Shown in pieces: positions 50,762-63,500 of a stretch of 64,000 bases of DNA. The DNA is taken from the NCBI GenBank assembly GCA_040437565.1, contig JBDOQK010000014.1, positions 310,001 to 374,000 on the forward strand, in the 5' to 3' direction. The stretch comes from Albugo candida (taxonomy: Eukaryota). The translations under genes and the position numbers were made by a program. The stretch's first letter is position 1; every line of letters starts with the position of its first letter. The notes beneath the pieces are model-generated. The model searched no databases, was not told the origin of the DNA, and was given only the letters and a program-made list of their open reading frames with translations.

Positions 50762-53700
50762 GTTAAAGGTGTCTATGTTACTATAATTAGACTAACTGAT
50801 TTCTGTAGTCGCCTAGGCTATCTTGAATAACATATATACATATATTAAACGTTTCGTAAAAATACCTGTGAGAGATCATAATAGTCTTCTCGTCAATAAT
50901 TCTGTACTGCAGTAGCCTCAGCCACCTTGATACGAGACCATGTCCAGCTTGTAAATGCTGCGAATTTGTAAACTTGTAGGACTAGGATCTGAGTTGCACT
51001 TCCATTTTGACTTGTCTGTGTCGTACCCGCAGCAATGATCGTCGACTTCCAAAAAGTCCAGCAAATGATCCTTGCGTTGTGAGTTGATCCAGCACTTTAG
51101 ATGCGTTCGTCTTGGTCGTAACACTGTATTCGATAGTACCGAACGTGCGTACTAAAGGTGGTATAGATCAAGCAAAGTGCTGGAATTGTCAGAGCTGCTG
51201 ATCGCTGATCGAACAAACGACGATTCCAATCTGTTCAAACGAAGTGCAGTGTCACCGCTCGCAATGCAAGCCATATATCTGATATAATGTTTTGATATTC
51301 TTTCCAATCCGACCGTAGTGCTGCTCCGACTTCACACGCAATATGCGTCCAAGAGGAGAAAAACTGATCCCAACTAGGGAGTACCTCTCTCCATAATGGT
51401 ACCGTGTGATCGCACTCTACAAAAGAGATGTTGATCGCATTACACTGCCCCACATGAAGGCTGTGTGCACAATATAATGTCGGGCTGAATATCCTTTAAG
51501 AATCAGAAACGAGATCGAACTGGCAGCATCCGAAAGGCCATACGGAACTGTAAATCTTTGTAAATCGGTAAGACACGTTCCCGAAGATGCCGTGATCTAG
51601 CCATAAAAGGTAAAACTCCATCCGAATCCAGTGTATCCGATCTCTCCCGTGGTGACCAATGTATTGACATCGGATGACTCTTTGGGTGGTTCGAGAGGTT
51701 TCCAGACGATTCTTGAGAGTTGAGAGCGAGGAATAGATGGAAAATAATGCTTTCTCTCCTTGCTTGTACTCCAACATTAAGAAAAATCGACCACTTCTGT
51801 TTGGTTGAATCCAATGATGAGACTAATTGTAGCGTATATACGCTGTACTATCTAAGTGACTTCATCGTAAAGCCGAATCAGCAACTTTTCTTCAGCCATA
51901 TCCGATGTGTTCAGCTCTTCGTCGTTGTAATAGTTGGCGACGAAATATTCCTTCGTTGGCCATGTGTCGCTGTCTCAAAAAAATTCTTGAAGACTGGTAA
52001 TCTCGAAAAGCGTAGCAAACGATTCTCGAAACGTCCGATGTGGGTCGGCCACCATGCCAAGATTGTATCAAACGCTTTGCGTATTCGGAGTACGAGTAGC
52101 AACTTCGTAATTTAATTCTTGGTCGAAATAAAACCACATCGGATATTGTAATGCTCTAATCCATCTGATGCCACATCTAAATGCTTGTTTCCACCATGAC
52201 GATGTGCTCTCGAATTGAATCATTATTCCATGTCGATGTGGTGCGATCTTGAATATATCCATCGGCTTGTGTGGTCCAAAGGAAGGTTGGATAAGTTGTA
52301 ATAATTCCGTTGAAGTAGTCGTCCAATTTGCAGGAATAATGGTCGACGCATCGGATGCAAACTGCTGAAGTAATTGAATACGTTCTAACCTTAGTCGTCC
52401 CACCAAAAAAATAACTTGTAGTCCAACATCTTGTCGGCGAAGATATAAACATTCTTTGCTGAGTAGGAGGACGTGTTTTGAATATTTTTTGTGTTTCCGA
52501 CCAAGCACAAATCAATTTAACATCTATTGCCGATGTTTAATTTTCTCTACTGGTATGTCCACGCGCATCGTATAATGTCACAGACGCGATAAAGCATCGT
52601 CTGCGCAATCAGTAGTCGATCACGGACAGTTCGTGTACGTCGAAACCATACACAAACCCATCGTAAAAACGCTTGTCGAGAGTTGAAATAAACATCGTAT
52701 GGGTCGGTGTTTGGCCGAATGGAATTTCCAAGTACCCGACCGAATCGTTCGAACCCAATCTGGTCAAAGTGGGAATACGTGGACAAGGCATGGTCCGATT
52801 CAACGAGAGCAAGGATGAATTGCTCAAGTTGAGTTTCGCACCCGATCCATCGCAAAAGACTTAGACGAGTTCGAGTTGCGTCAGAACACCAATTGGTGTC
52901 TCTAAAAGCAATGTCGAATCGTCCGCGAAAAATAAGCCCGTTGCAACAGTCGTGCAATTCATCCAAATGCCGTGTTCATGTTGTCGAAGTAAAGTTCCCA
53001 AAGGTTAGATCATCGTCAGAAAAAGTAATGCTTAGGGAGGATCACCTCGAACACAATCCACGTTGTGGTGTAACGGACGGTATAATATTTACATTGATCA
53101 TCCACTTCGCCTTCGTGTTATTGTACAAAAGACGAACACAGTCGATAAAACTTTCCCATTTTTTCCATAACGCGAAACATGTACGTCCAATTGACTCGAT
53201 CATAAGCTTTCTCAAAGTCGAGAAAAGTCGCATAAGCTTTTACCCCACGATGAGTGACCAAGTCTTGAATGTCGGTGAGATGGCGAATATGGTGATGTAT
53301 TGACCGTCCTCGCACAAATGCTTTTTGATCTTGATGGATCAATTTTGGCAAAAACGGTTGTAATCGATACCCCAAAACCTTTGAAGGCACTATCAAATCG
53401 ACGCAAAGCAGTGCGATCGGTCGATAGTTGCCACGATCACCTCGTGATCCAGTTTTGTACAATAATGTTATTGCTGAGTGACGTTATGATCGAAGTAAGA
53501 TACCTCTTTCCAGCTGATATCCGAACAAGATGTTCAGACACTCGCCAAACGTTTTCGGATCAAGCTGATAAAATACAGCTGGTAGCCCATCCATATTCCT
53601 GAAGAATAACTACTCCGCATGTGCTTGATCCCTTCCGCCATCTCGGTCGTACTTCAGCGAGTTGAGAGACGGTCTTGCTCTGCTGAGGCAAGGGAAACTT

Positions 53701-56700
53701 GAATCGAATCGAGTAACGTTTTTTGCTTCCTGTCACATGAAACATTTCAGTCGGTCTCTGAGCTATAAAGAGATCCCAAGATATCATCCCAATGATCTCT
53801 AAAATCGATAATAATTTCCCTCGTGTTCGATGTCACGGTGCCACATTTTTCTGCAACATTTTCGATCCGCACGCGACGACAAGAACTATCCCGAGGGCAA
53901 AAAAAATGCTTGGAAGAGTACTCCAATGCTTCACGTGATTGTCGAAGCTTTCATCTTGGTTGTATTTCGCATTGTTTTCGACCGAGATTCTGAATTGTTC
54001 GAGACTCGATTCGTAAAAATACCGAGACTCATTGGTGTCTTGAATGCAATATCGAGCTGCTGCGACTTCCAAAACACTCTGGATAGACTCAACGTCAGGT
54101 CGGCTATCTTGTGCAACGTTTCTTAATTCCTTGGAGCTTCTCCTTGATTTTTGTCTTCCAACTTTCTCACATTTTTCCGGGATTCGAAGTTGTCCGCAAC
54201 GGTTGAGCACCTAATTTGCTTCCAATTTGAATGCTTCGACAACTTGATGATATTCAAATAGTCGTAATGAATATTGACAATATCCTCGACCCGGAGATTG
54301 AGTTGGATTCGCAAAAGTTACATTGGTGCCAGATGATCTCCCGTATGTCGTGGACGGAAATAATATGAGGTTTTGTACACCATATTGAATAGCTCTTCCG
54401 ACACGCAGATATAATCTAGCCGATTCTTTCGCAGTAATGTTACTGTTAATACTTTTTCAGTCGGATGTTGTATTCTCCAAACATCTGCCACACACAACTG
54501 TGAACGCCATTCCAAGCACGCTAATGGACATGGTTCGTGTCGGATTGTTCCACTCGAAGCATCGATAGCTGGATCGAGTGATGTGTTGGAATCACCAAAT
54601 ATGATATGTGTTGCGGTCGATTCGAAGTATTGGGGAGCAATAACTCATAAAAATCCACTCGTTCCTTGGCCTTGACTGGTGCATATAACCAAATAGCGAT
54701 TTTGAATGCTTCGTTCGGTATGTTCTTCAGCTTTTGTAAAACCGGGAAAGTCCGAACGAAGGATTGTCATGACGCCGCCACTGCGGTTTTGAGTCAGATG
54801 AAGAACAGCACTGTTGTGATCATTCATAAAAACCAAAATAAGTTCGGTTGGCTGTGGTCGTGAAACTTGGTCCCTTGAACACAATAAATGGAGTGCTGTA
54901 ATAGGACGTGGTCGATAATAAGATGACCATGTGTATGAATTCCGTTAACATTCACCGTGAGTGCTGAGATATTGTTCCACGTTGAAATAATCGAGGAGTC
55001 CATAGCATTCACGCTGAAGTGGACCAGCACTCAACCTCGTTTCACCATCTTGTTGTGAGAAGTGAAGTGTCGTATGCTCCTCTGGGAAAAGCTAAGCTTG
55101 ACTAAAAGCTCAGCGATGTCACCAGGGAGAACTTTTCGCCATTTAACTCCACACCGTTGAGACCAACACTTAATGCCCACGTCGCAGCGTAAGAAGGATA
55201 TGATCACATTAGTTGGAAGTAAAGGACAATGATGGCCCGGAATCCAAATCACTGGTGCGTCGGTGAGATAGCGTAGACACTGATCGTTTGTGTAGAATGT
55301 CGGAGCAGTACTTAAAAGTAAGAGTTTCAAAAACGCGAGCGCTTTGGTTGCTCGATTCAAAACCGAGAACTATGTCCGGCACTGATGTCAACCATGACAT
55401 TACTTTCTCGGACAAAACCGATCGCTTCGAGTGAATTTTTCCACCAACGCGGTGACTCCATCGCGTCGCAAACGTAACATCGTCACCGAGATTGTACGCT
55501 TCAAAACGCGGTTTATAATGAGTAAATGCGCCAAATTTATCCAAAGCTTTCTCATTCGGCTCCATACACGCGAGGAGCACATCATTCATCGTGATCGGAT
55601 GATCAAGTGCAGCTCGGATGATTTGTCCGGGTTTGTCGCAGAACTGGACAAACTTTCTTACGTGAGGGATGCAAGCATCGGCTAGAACCAGCTTGTCCGG
55701 GTGGAGCAAGTGAAGGGCATTTTTCGAATCGATTTCCATGAGCCCTCCTATATCACCAATTCGGATTGCTCGCTCCGTTTTCTCGAAAGTTGTATACCGT
55801 TTTGATATAAGTGTTCCTCCTCTTTCGAGGAGGCCACCTCTTTTGGCATCCGTGTTCTCAGCGGGATAATTTGGACGCGATTTCCATTCTTCATATTGGC
55901 AATCGCTTTTATCTCTTCCATCTCCACCAGCACAGTTGCAAGCACAGAAAAATTATCACTGGTCGCTAACGTCGGAAGCGTAAGATGTGGTACTTTGGAG
56001 ACCATTTGTTCGAACGGCTCCACCCGATNNNNNNNNNNNNNNNNNNNNNNNNNNNNNNNNNNNNNNNNNNNNNNNNNNNNNNNNNNNNNNNNNNNNNNNN
56101 NNNNNNNNNNNNNNNNNNNNNNNNNNNNGAGGAGGCCACCTCTTTTGGCATCCGTGTTCTCAGCGGGATAATTTGGACGCGATTTCCATTCTTCATATTG
56201 GCAATCGCTTTTATCTCTTCCATCTCCACCAGCACAGTTGCAAGCACAGAAAAATTATCACTGGTCGCTAACGTCGGAAGCGTAAGATGTGGTACTTTGG
56301 AGACCATTTGTTCGAACGGCTCCACCCGATAACGTTTCCACTAGTCCATGCCATTACATGGATACATCCCCATCCCGCTCCACCCGTGGTTGTGGATACG
56401 ATTGACTGGCCACTTGGAGGATGGGACGAGACGGCTACAATAAGGCCGTCTATTCTGGTCGTGTGGTAGTGGGGGAGTGTTGAGCTTCAGCGAGAGTTGA
56501 TCGGAGAGCTTCCGTTCAGGTTTCCTCGTCTCCAATTCTCGATGTGGAACTGGCTTCACTACCGTTCGTGGTGCCACCACGAGTGCTTTTGGCTCGGTGG
56601 TTTGTTTCGTTGTTGTTCTTGTTTTCATGGTTGTTATATGTTTTGCATCTGGGTTGGATGTTGATTTCGGCTTTGTTTTTGATTATTGTTTTTGCTTTAG

Positions 56701-57520
56701 TCGTCGCCGTGCTCCCGTGCCTGATGTAGCACCCAAAATCAGGCAATAAGAACTACGTTGACCGAAACGTGTTCGTTCCGTTGGAATAGGATCATTCCTC
56801 CCCTTACTGGGTAGAGCTGTTTGTCGTAAGCGATTTTCTCTAGCACTTCCCAACTCGAATTTACTGCTGGGGGCATGTCAAAGAGCTAGAATAGACTCTT
56901 CAAGTCGACATAACCACTTCTATAGTGGTAATCGTCTCGCGAAAAGTGTCATACACTACGAGTTTGTTACACCCGAGTTTGTGAAGAGCGCGGAGCATGC
57001 TGTTCCGTTCCTCCTCCACACCAACACCGAAGACATCGAGATAGTATTTCGTTTCCAGAGCATCAAATTCTTTAAAAAATACTTGTCTCCAGGGATGTCC
57101 TCCGTGCTGACCATCACTCTGATACGCTAGAGCTCGGGCGAACTTTCGCGTGGCGCTTCCAAAGCCATAAGCCTCCGATATCGACGCTATCAAGAAATTG
57201 TATGCTGATAGGGAGCATCCAGAGTGGTCGGTCTTGGCTGCAACATGGAAGCAGCAAAACCTTTCCAAATCCGAAAGCCACCTTTCCAATGGTCTTGGAG
57301 ACGGGACAGTCGTTAATCCGTACTCCAAATGGGAAAATTCGAACCTCTTTGATGCGAGATCACGGCAATCGGGTATTTGAAAGCTTACTGGAGAGCCGTT
57401 CAATCACTCAGATGTCCAAAATGCCAGAGGCTGGAAGACTTCTTATGACCCAGCACATTATGGATCTCGAAAAATTTGAATACACGGTGAGGATATATCA
57501 GATCGTCCGACAACTCACGC
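50762..57520 (-). mobile_element. L1/Tx1-like LINE (ORF1 and ORF2, degenerate) with an inverted 5' segment
   Basis: APE ISALTVNVNGI, NRLDYI, RHTGDHLA; RT NYRPIALL, FLDFEKAYDRVNW. ORF1 is on the minus strand to ~57165; 57170-57520 is ORF1 sequence on the plus strand. Confidence 0.9.
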
Positions 57521-57539
57521 TGGAAATGCGGTCAGCGTT

Positions 57540-58380
57540 GTTGTTATCACTTCCATATTGCAAAGAAGCTGGGTAATTTCTTTCCATATGGCGCGGTCTT
57601 GTCGTACAATTGACAGGGCGTATAGATCTGCTGTATTGCGGATACGTAGTGTATTTTATGTCGAGCTGTAGGTCCTTGTCGAGTATGTTTGGTGGGCAGG
57701 TGGTGTACGACCCCGATAGGCAGGCATGTTCCTAGTAGAATGATAGTATCCGAGCATGTTCATAGGCTGTGCGCGGCGAAGAATATGACCAAAGAGCTTC
57801 CATCGAGACCTCGTCAGGTGGATTCGGAGTGGTTTTGTGGTTTTTTGTTACAACTCTTGTACAAATCCGCATTGTTGATGTGCTGAGAATAGTGGATACG
57901 GAGTGCACGGTGAAGCTGACGACGGTGATACACTTCAGTACTGCTAATGTCGCTGTCTATGAGAGCCCATGTTTCACAGTTATATATTAGAATAGTAGCA
58001 CGCAGACATTCTATAGGCGAATGCGTAATGTCTCTGAAAGAAGGTGAGGATGAAGCATAGTTTCCGAAGTCTTAGAAAGGCACGGGGTTTCGTGAGCTAT
58101 ATGCTTCTGTACGTCTTCGTAGTCACCAAGTAGTGATCCCAGCTTGCGAACGGTGCGTCAACTTTCGTCGGGCGTGTCCGGATAGTCGTTTGCTCAGTTT
58201 TGCCCATATTGATGGTCAAATACCATGCCCGGAACACTCGCTCGACGTAAGAAGTATATGATCGAGACGATTAAGATCACTGTGAATGGAGTCTACATCA
58301 TCGCCAAACACGATGGTATTGAGCTCCCACATTGGAACCTGGAGGTGGTGGCATAGATCTCGTAGTACGGCTACCAAGTA
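57540..58380 (-). mobile_element. RTE-type non-LTR retrotransposon fragment (RT C-terminal part)
   Basis: Minus-strand IVFGDDVD, LIYNCETWAL, YHRRQLHRALRIHY...NADLY, RWKLFGHILRR, QDRAIW. Confidence 0.8.
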
Positions 58381-58383
58381 GGC

Positions 58384-60270
58384 TACGAACAAAAGCGGGG
58401 AAGTGCATCTCCTTGAGGTGTACCTTGTTTACTTGCGAATGCTAAGTAGCATTTCATCCCAAGGCGGGGATTAGGTCCTTTTTCTTTCACTGAACGCCTT
58501 CGTTCATTTTCGCTGAGGCCAACCAGGGCTCTAGCTCCTCCAAGCATGGTGCTGCGAGTGCTTTCGTCATCAATCCGCAGCCATAATACGACTTTCGAGG
58601 TATCTTGGCAATAAAGTCCGCTTTTCGCATGATAGGTTTTAAATTTGATTCGAACGTCAACTTGCTTCGACTTCGCAGACGAATCATCTACTCCGAGCTG
58701 CGTCAATGCCACCTGATTATCCACATTAATGTTTTTAGATTCTTTAAAACTCAAACCAACCTCACAAAGCAATTTTCGTATTCCAATCACTGGCACGACC
58801 ATAACAGAAGCCGCGGTCAATTCTGCTTCCAGGAAAATAGCGACACACCACCTTGTTTTTCCACTACCACGACACTGGCCTTTCATCACCAATAATCCAG
58901 CCACCCAGCCACCCAGCCACCCAGCCACCCAGCCACCCATTACCGATTTTCTATCCGCTCGGTCTGCAGCAAAATTAGCATTGCTTAAGCCGAAAATTTA
59001 CACGTCATCACATTCTGTATTTTCTCCATCCATTCCCAATCGCATTGTTTTCGTACCTTGTAAATACATCGCAACTTTGTTGATCAATTCGTAAGCGCCC
59101 AAGGATGGTGAATGACTTTGTTCAGAGACTCGGTGCGCCGCGTTAAGATATATCCGGTATCGAAAGCCAGAGCAAACCACCCACCAGGGACTAAAATTAT
59201 TGATAGTAGTAGTACTGTACCGGTTTTGCGGGATAATTTCACGTCCTCTTCATGAGAGTTGCTGACTTCGTCACCGGTTGGAGTACGAACACCGCATGAC
59301 GCCTTCAAACCGTTATCTCGTAACATTTCACGAATAGAAACCTCTTGGTCAATGTTGTACCCATCGTCATCGTCATAAATGATGCGTACTCCCAAAAACT
59401 TGTCTACATCCTTGATAGACAAATTCTTTAGGTCACCAAAAAATACATATTTTACGAGATGGATTTCTATCGCTGTCACGAGAGGATCGTCGATGTATAC
59501 TTTCGCAGCTATTGGATCTTCATATATGCGTTTCCAATACACACACGTATCCGTAAGGCACCGTGTAAAATACAAACTCTCCAGTTTCTTATGTAGCAGA
59601 TTGCTCCACAATTGTCCTGAGTGTTCAAGCCCATACACCGCCTTACGCAATTCCAATGCGAGATCGTTTTCACTGGCGGCGCTCAGACTTTCGACCACTT
59701 CACGTTTTATCTTCATACCTTGGAGTATGCGAAGAAAAATTCTTAAACCAGGTTCTTTTTCTGCTTTCACATACGCATTCGTCATGTCTTCATGCTTTGC
59801 TGGCACTCGCCTTTTTCTAGCCAAAGAAAGTATGAGATTGTTACTCGACATGTCCATGACTTCACCAAAAGTGATTTTGTAATCACGACCAAAAACTTGA
59901 TCATTTCCACAGGCTACCAGCCTGGCCTTATAACGCTCGATGTCACCATTTACATCTCTTTTGATTTTATAAATTCACTTGGAATGCAGACTGTGAGCAT
60001 CCTTCGGCAATCGTTCCACCTTCCAGACCCCTTGCGCTTGTAGTTCTACTTCCAAATGGCCTTTTCCCACGCACTTTTTTGCGCACTACGAATAGCTTCG
60101 CCGTAGTTTTTTTTGGTTCCGACTCATGTGCGGTGTTCACAACCCCCACTATGGTCTCTTTGCCAGACCTCTTGATAATTCAACCCATTTTCCCATGTCT
60201 TGAGCGTGTCACCTATTCATGCAATGGGATGACCAATTCTATCCCACTTCAAAGCTCTAATCACCGGATG
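58384..60270 (-). mobile_element. Ty1/copia fragment (RT-RNase H)
   Basis: KHEDMTNAYVKA, ELRKAVYGLEHSGQLW, KVYIDDPLV, NVDNQVAL, SKQVDVRIKF, MTKALAAP. Confidence 0.9.
58897..58936. repeat. Octanucleotide tandem repeat (CCAGCCAC)x5
   Basis: Five exact copies inside the copia RNase H region. Confidence 0.95.
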
Positions 60271-60279
60271 ATTATACTA

Positions 60280-60588
60280 GACATCAAAGTCGGGTTTTAT
60301 TACTTAATTCAGTAATTATCCCGGGTAGGCCACTCCGGGCCGATGTGGATGTACTCGGCGCTCAACCTCCCTGCAATCGCGTCCCTCACGGATGCGAGAA
60401 GCCACATGCACACGGTTGTAACTCTAATCAAATTAACTAATAGCATTCACAGCTCTCACATTTCTGTCTATATTGCATTATCAAACTCTGCTCATGGTAA
60501 ATAGATGAGAAGTTTTCGAGCTGCTAACCGATCGTGACCGTTATAGTTGTAGATTTCAAGAAGTGTAACCGATATCTACCTCGTAACG
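60280..60588. mobile_element. Probable solo LTR of gypsy type
   Basis: Non-coding ~300 bp ending TACCTCGTAACG, resembling a decayed ...CCCGTTACA terminus. The GC-rich core resembles oomycete gypsy LTRs from memory, not verified. The left end and TSD were not found. Confidence 0.5.
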
Positions 60589-60598
60589 TAAATTGAAA

Positions 60599-63500
60599 AT
60601 GGATGAAGAGACTGGAGAGAATCGTCAGCAAACATATACGGATTTTGAGGAAGAACAACATGCAAACCATAGCGGAGTACTACGTGTGTATGAACTGTGC
60701 AATGGAGAAAATCAATCTGCTGAAGAAGCAGGTCCAGAAAAAACGCTAGATGTCAACAAAGACACCAGTGCCCATGCAAAACGAAAAAAACGAAAAATCA
60801 AACCTTTGGCCAGGGCTCAACGACTCAATCATGTCAAAAATGATCCTGATAATAGGAGAAAACCTAAAATGATCATAACCGTTTTAGAAAATGACATCAA
60901 TGACAAAGAAGAGGGCTCCATGAACGGTCAAAGTAGCGACAAAAAAGGACATGACAGTGATCATGACGCATGGACCGATCATAATCGTTGGTATTGTAAT
61001 TTGTGCAAGGTACCGTGGTCTTATAACGTTGAAATTAACTGTGATATAATTGTTCTATAACGTTAGGACGGCGGTGAGCTTCTTTGCTGCGATCGATGCC
61101 CAAGAGCTTTTCATTTGAAGTGGTACGTATCATTGCTTTCCGAGTGCTGTTGTCGCGCATCAAGCACGCCGATACGCTAGCCTAGGTCTACAGAAAGATG
61201 ACATCCCGGAATCCGAGTGGTATTGCAAGTTTTGCGCGTGAGTGTCGGAAGAATTTGTGGAGGTTTTTAGGCTCTTACATTTTCAATTTGGATAGCGATT
61301 GCCTCACAAGACGGCGAGCTACGCAAGAATCAAAAGAAAAGGCTCGTATTACAAGGGAAGCTGAACGACTTGAACGAGATGCTAACCGAAAGAAACTCCA
61401 GCAAGAAAAAGAGGACTCGGAGTTTGAAAAGTCTATGGAAGCTATTGAAGCACGAGCTCGACGTGTCATCGAAATCCAAGATCGCATTATATTAAGTCGG
61501 AAAAAGGTCCGATTTCGAGACAAAGAAGAGGAGAAGCTTGGAAAGGTGGCCGAAAACTTTGGTGAAAGTATACGATGCGCTAAGGAGCATTTAGAGAAAC
61601 TTGAGAAAGAAGATACCGCGTTAAGGAAGAAGGTAGGCATGCTCACAGGTTTCGAAGGATGCTGATGGGAATCAACTTTTTTCAGGAAGAAGCGCTGGAA
61701 AAGAGAAGAAAGTTCTATGAGGGAACACCCGAAAAATCAATGCATGCAAGTGCCGAGGTTGAAACGGAGCAAATCGCAAAGCTCCCTTCTCCGCCGTACG
61801 TTTCTTTGCTCCATTTATATCCAAGCCTTTATTCACATACAGGACAGGCCATCAAAATGTCCTTTCATAGGAATCCCCGAGAAAAATGTTGGCATCTTAC
61901 TGGCGGTGTTCGACTGTCTTTCAACTTTTGGAGCTGTGCTGGAAATCGCTCCACTCACAGCGGAGTCATTTAGCCAAGCTTTGACGCGATCCAGTTCAAA
62001 TAATCTTTTGCAGGAGATTCATATGTGTCTTCTTGATCTCATACTACAAGATCGTGAAGACGAAGAGTATGTTTCCGACGTTGAACAAGAGCTAGATGAG
62101 CAAGAATTGTGCCGTCATCAGCTAGAACAAACTCCTCTTTCCCTTGGTGTGCCCACGTCAAACATGCTCAACTCTTTATCGTGGCCGTCTGTTTTGTACA
62201 GCTTCATTCTCTCCGTTCCTCGATTCCTCTCAAATGGATCCGCATTGCTTCGAGAAGCAACGGAGCACCTAAAGACACACGCTCACGCTGAGCTCTCGGT
62301 CGAACACAAATTGGCGCTGCTCAACTTCCTCATAAGTCGAGTTTACATGACCGAAAAACTTCGCAAAGTGATTGGTAACAACACGGATCGGATGATGAAA
62401 ACCATGAAAGAATACAATCGTATGATGCTTCAGGAACGTCGGATTCAAGTCGAAGAAGAAAAGCGTCTTGGCGAAAGACATCGAACGAAATTGGCAGAAT
62501 TCACGGAGAAGAAGGAAGCGTTCAAATCAGAATCTCAAGACGAAGATGGGATCAAGCGAGAATTAGATATCGAAGAGGAGGAACTCGATGAGAAAGAAAG
62601 AGAGGAGGAAGAGCATTTGCGAGTCCGCGAAGAAGAACTTGATGCACTCCAAGAACAAGATCAAATCTCTCGGCACACATACGTGATTGAAAAGAAGAAG
62701 CTGGAGCAAGAACGGGACGAATTCTGCAAATCTCGTGAGCTAAGGCAGCAGAAACGACGATCAGCGGAGCAATTGGAACGCAAACAAGAAAGCATTAAAG
62801 AAGCAATCCGTCAGAATCTCGCCAAAAGAGATATGGGAGCGCTTCGTGGGATGGTAGCCAAAGCTTCAGAATTAGGAATTCCTGAAGAGCTGTTGTTTCA
62901 TGTCACGCATTTGCTGGAAGTTCGGCGATTGGAAGAAGATCGAGAAAAGACGAATGAATCGAAGCGACAGCTCTTTAAAGATGAGTTGCGTAAAAATGCC
63001 ATTCGAACGGAAGCCTTGGGTCAAGACGAATATCGATGCAAATACTGGTATTTCAAAGGGGATCCCATGCGACTATATGTCGAAGTACCCATGGAATCAG
63101 CTTCGCCCTATCAAAGCAATTGGTACTACTATTCTTCTAAGCAACAAGTGAGAGACTTGATCCAGTATTTGGATCGTAAATCTGATGAAGCTCTGAGAGA
63201 GCGATTGGAAGCTCTTTTGTCTGAGTTGCCTAGCGAAAGTCCAAGTTCTGCGATCGCCAACATGCAGAAAGAAGATCCCGCTCACCATTTCTATCGCCAA
63301 GAAAGCTTCACTCCGTCATCTTGGTCCAACACATTAAAACAATGGCCGAAATCAGTGTATCCAGAAGCAACAATTCAAGCATTACAACAAGAGCTCTTAC
63401 ATTTGCATTCATGGCTTTCTAATCGACTTGAAGATCGTGGAAGCGACTGGAAAGAGCGTCCCGTGCGCGGTCAAAAGGATTGGCTACAAATGCTCGAAAC

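Noticed and set aside
9955..56330. Exact direct duplications flanking the gaps at 10227, 12148, 20509, 32535, 33872 and 56029
   Set aside because: Each is identical and sits symmetrically around a 100-N gap, indicating unmerged contig overlaps rather than biology.
57561..57575. CAAAGAAGCTGGGTA as the displaced 5' end of the SINE cut at 50761
   Set aside because: Only 13/15 match, it lies within RTE coding sequence (WKEITQLL), and no TSD supports it.
61275..63300. Minus-strand and alternate-frame ORFs over the chromatin gene
   Set aside because: Shadows of the spliced plus-strand CDS.
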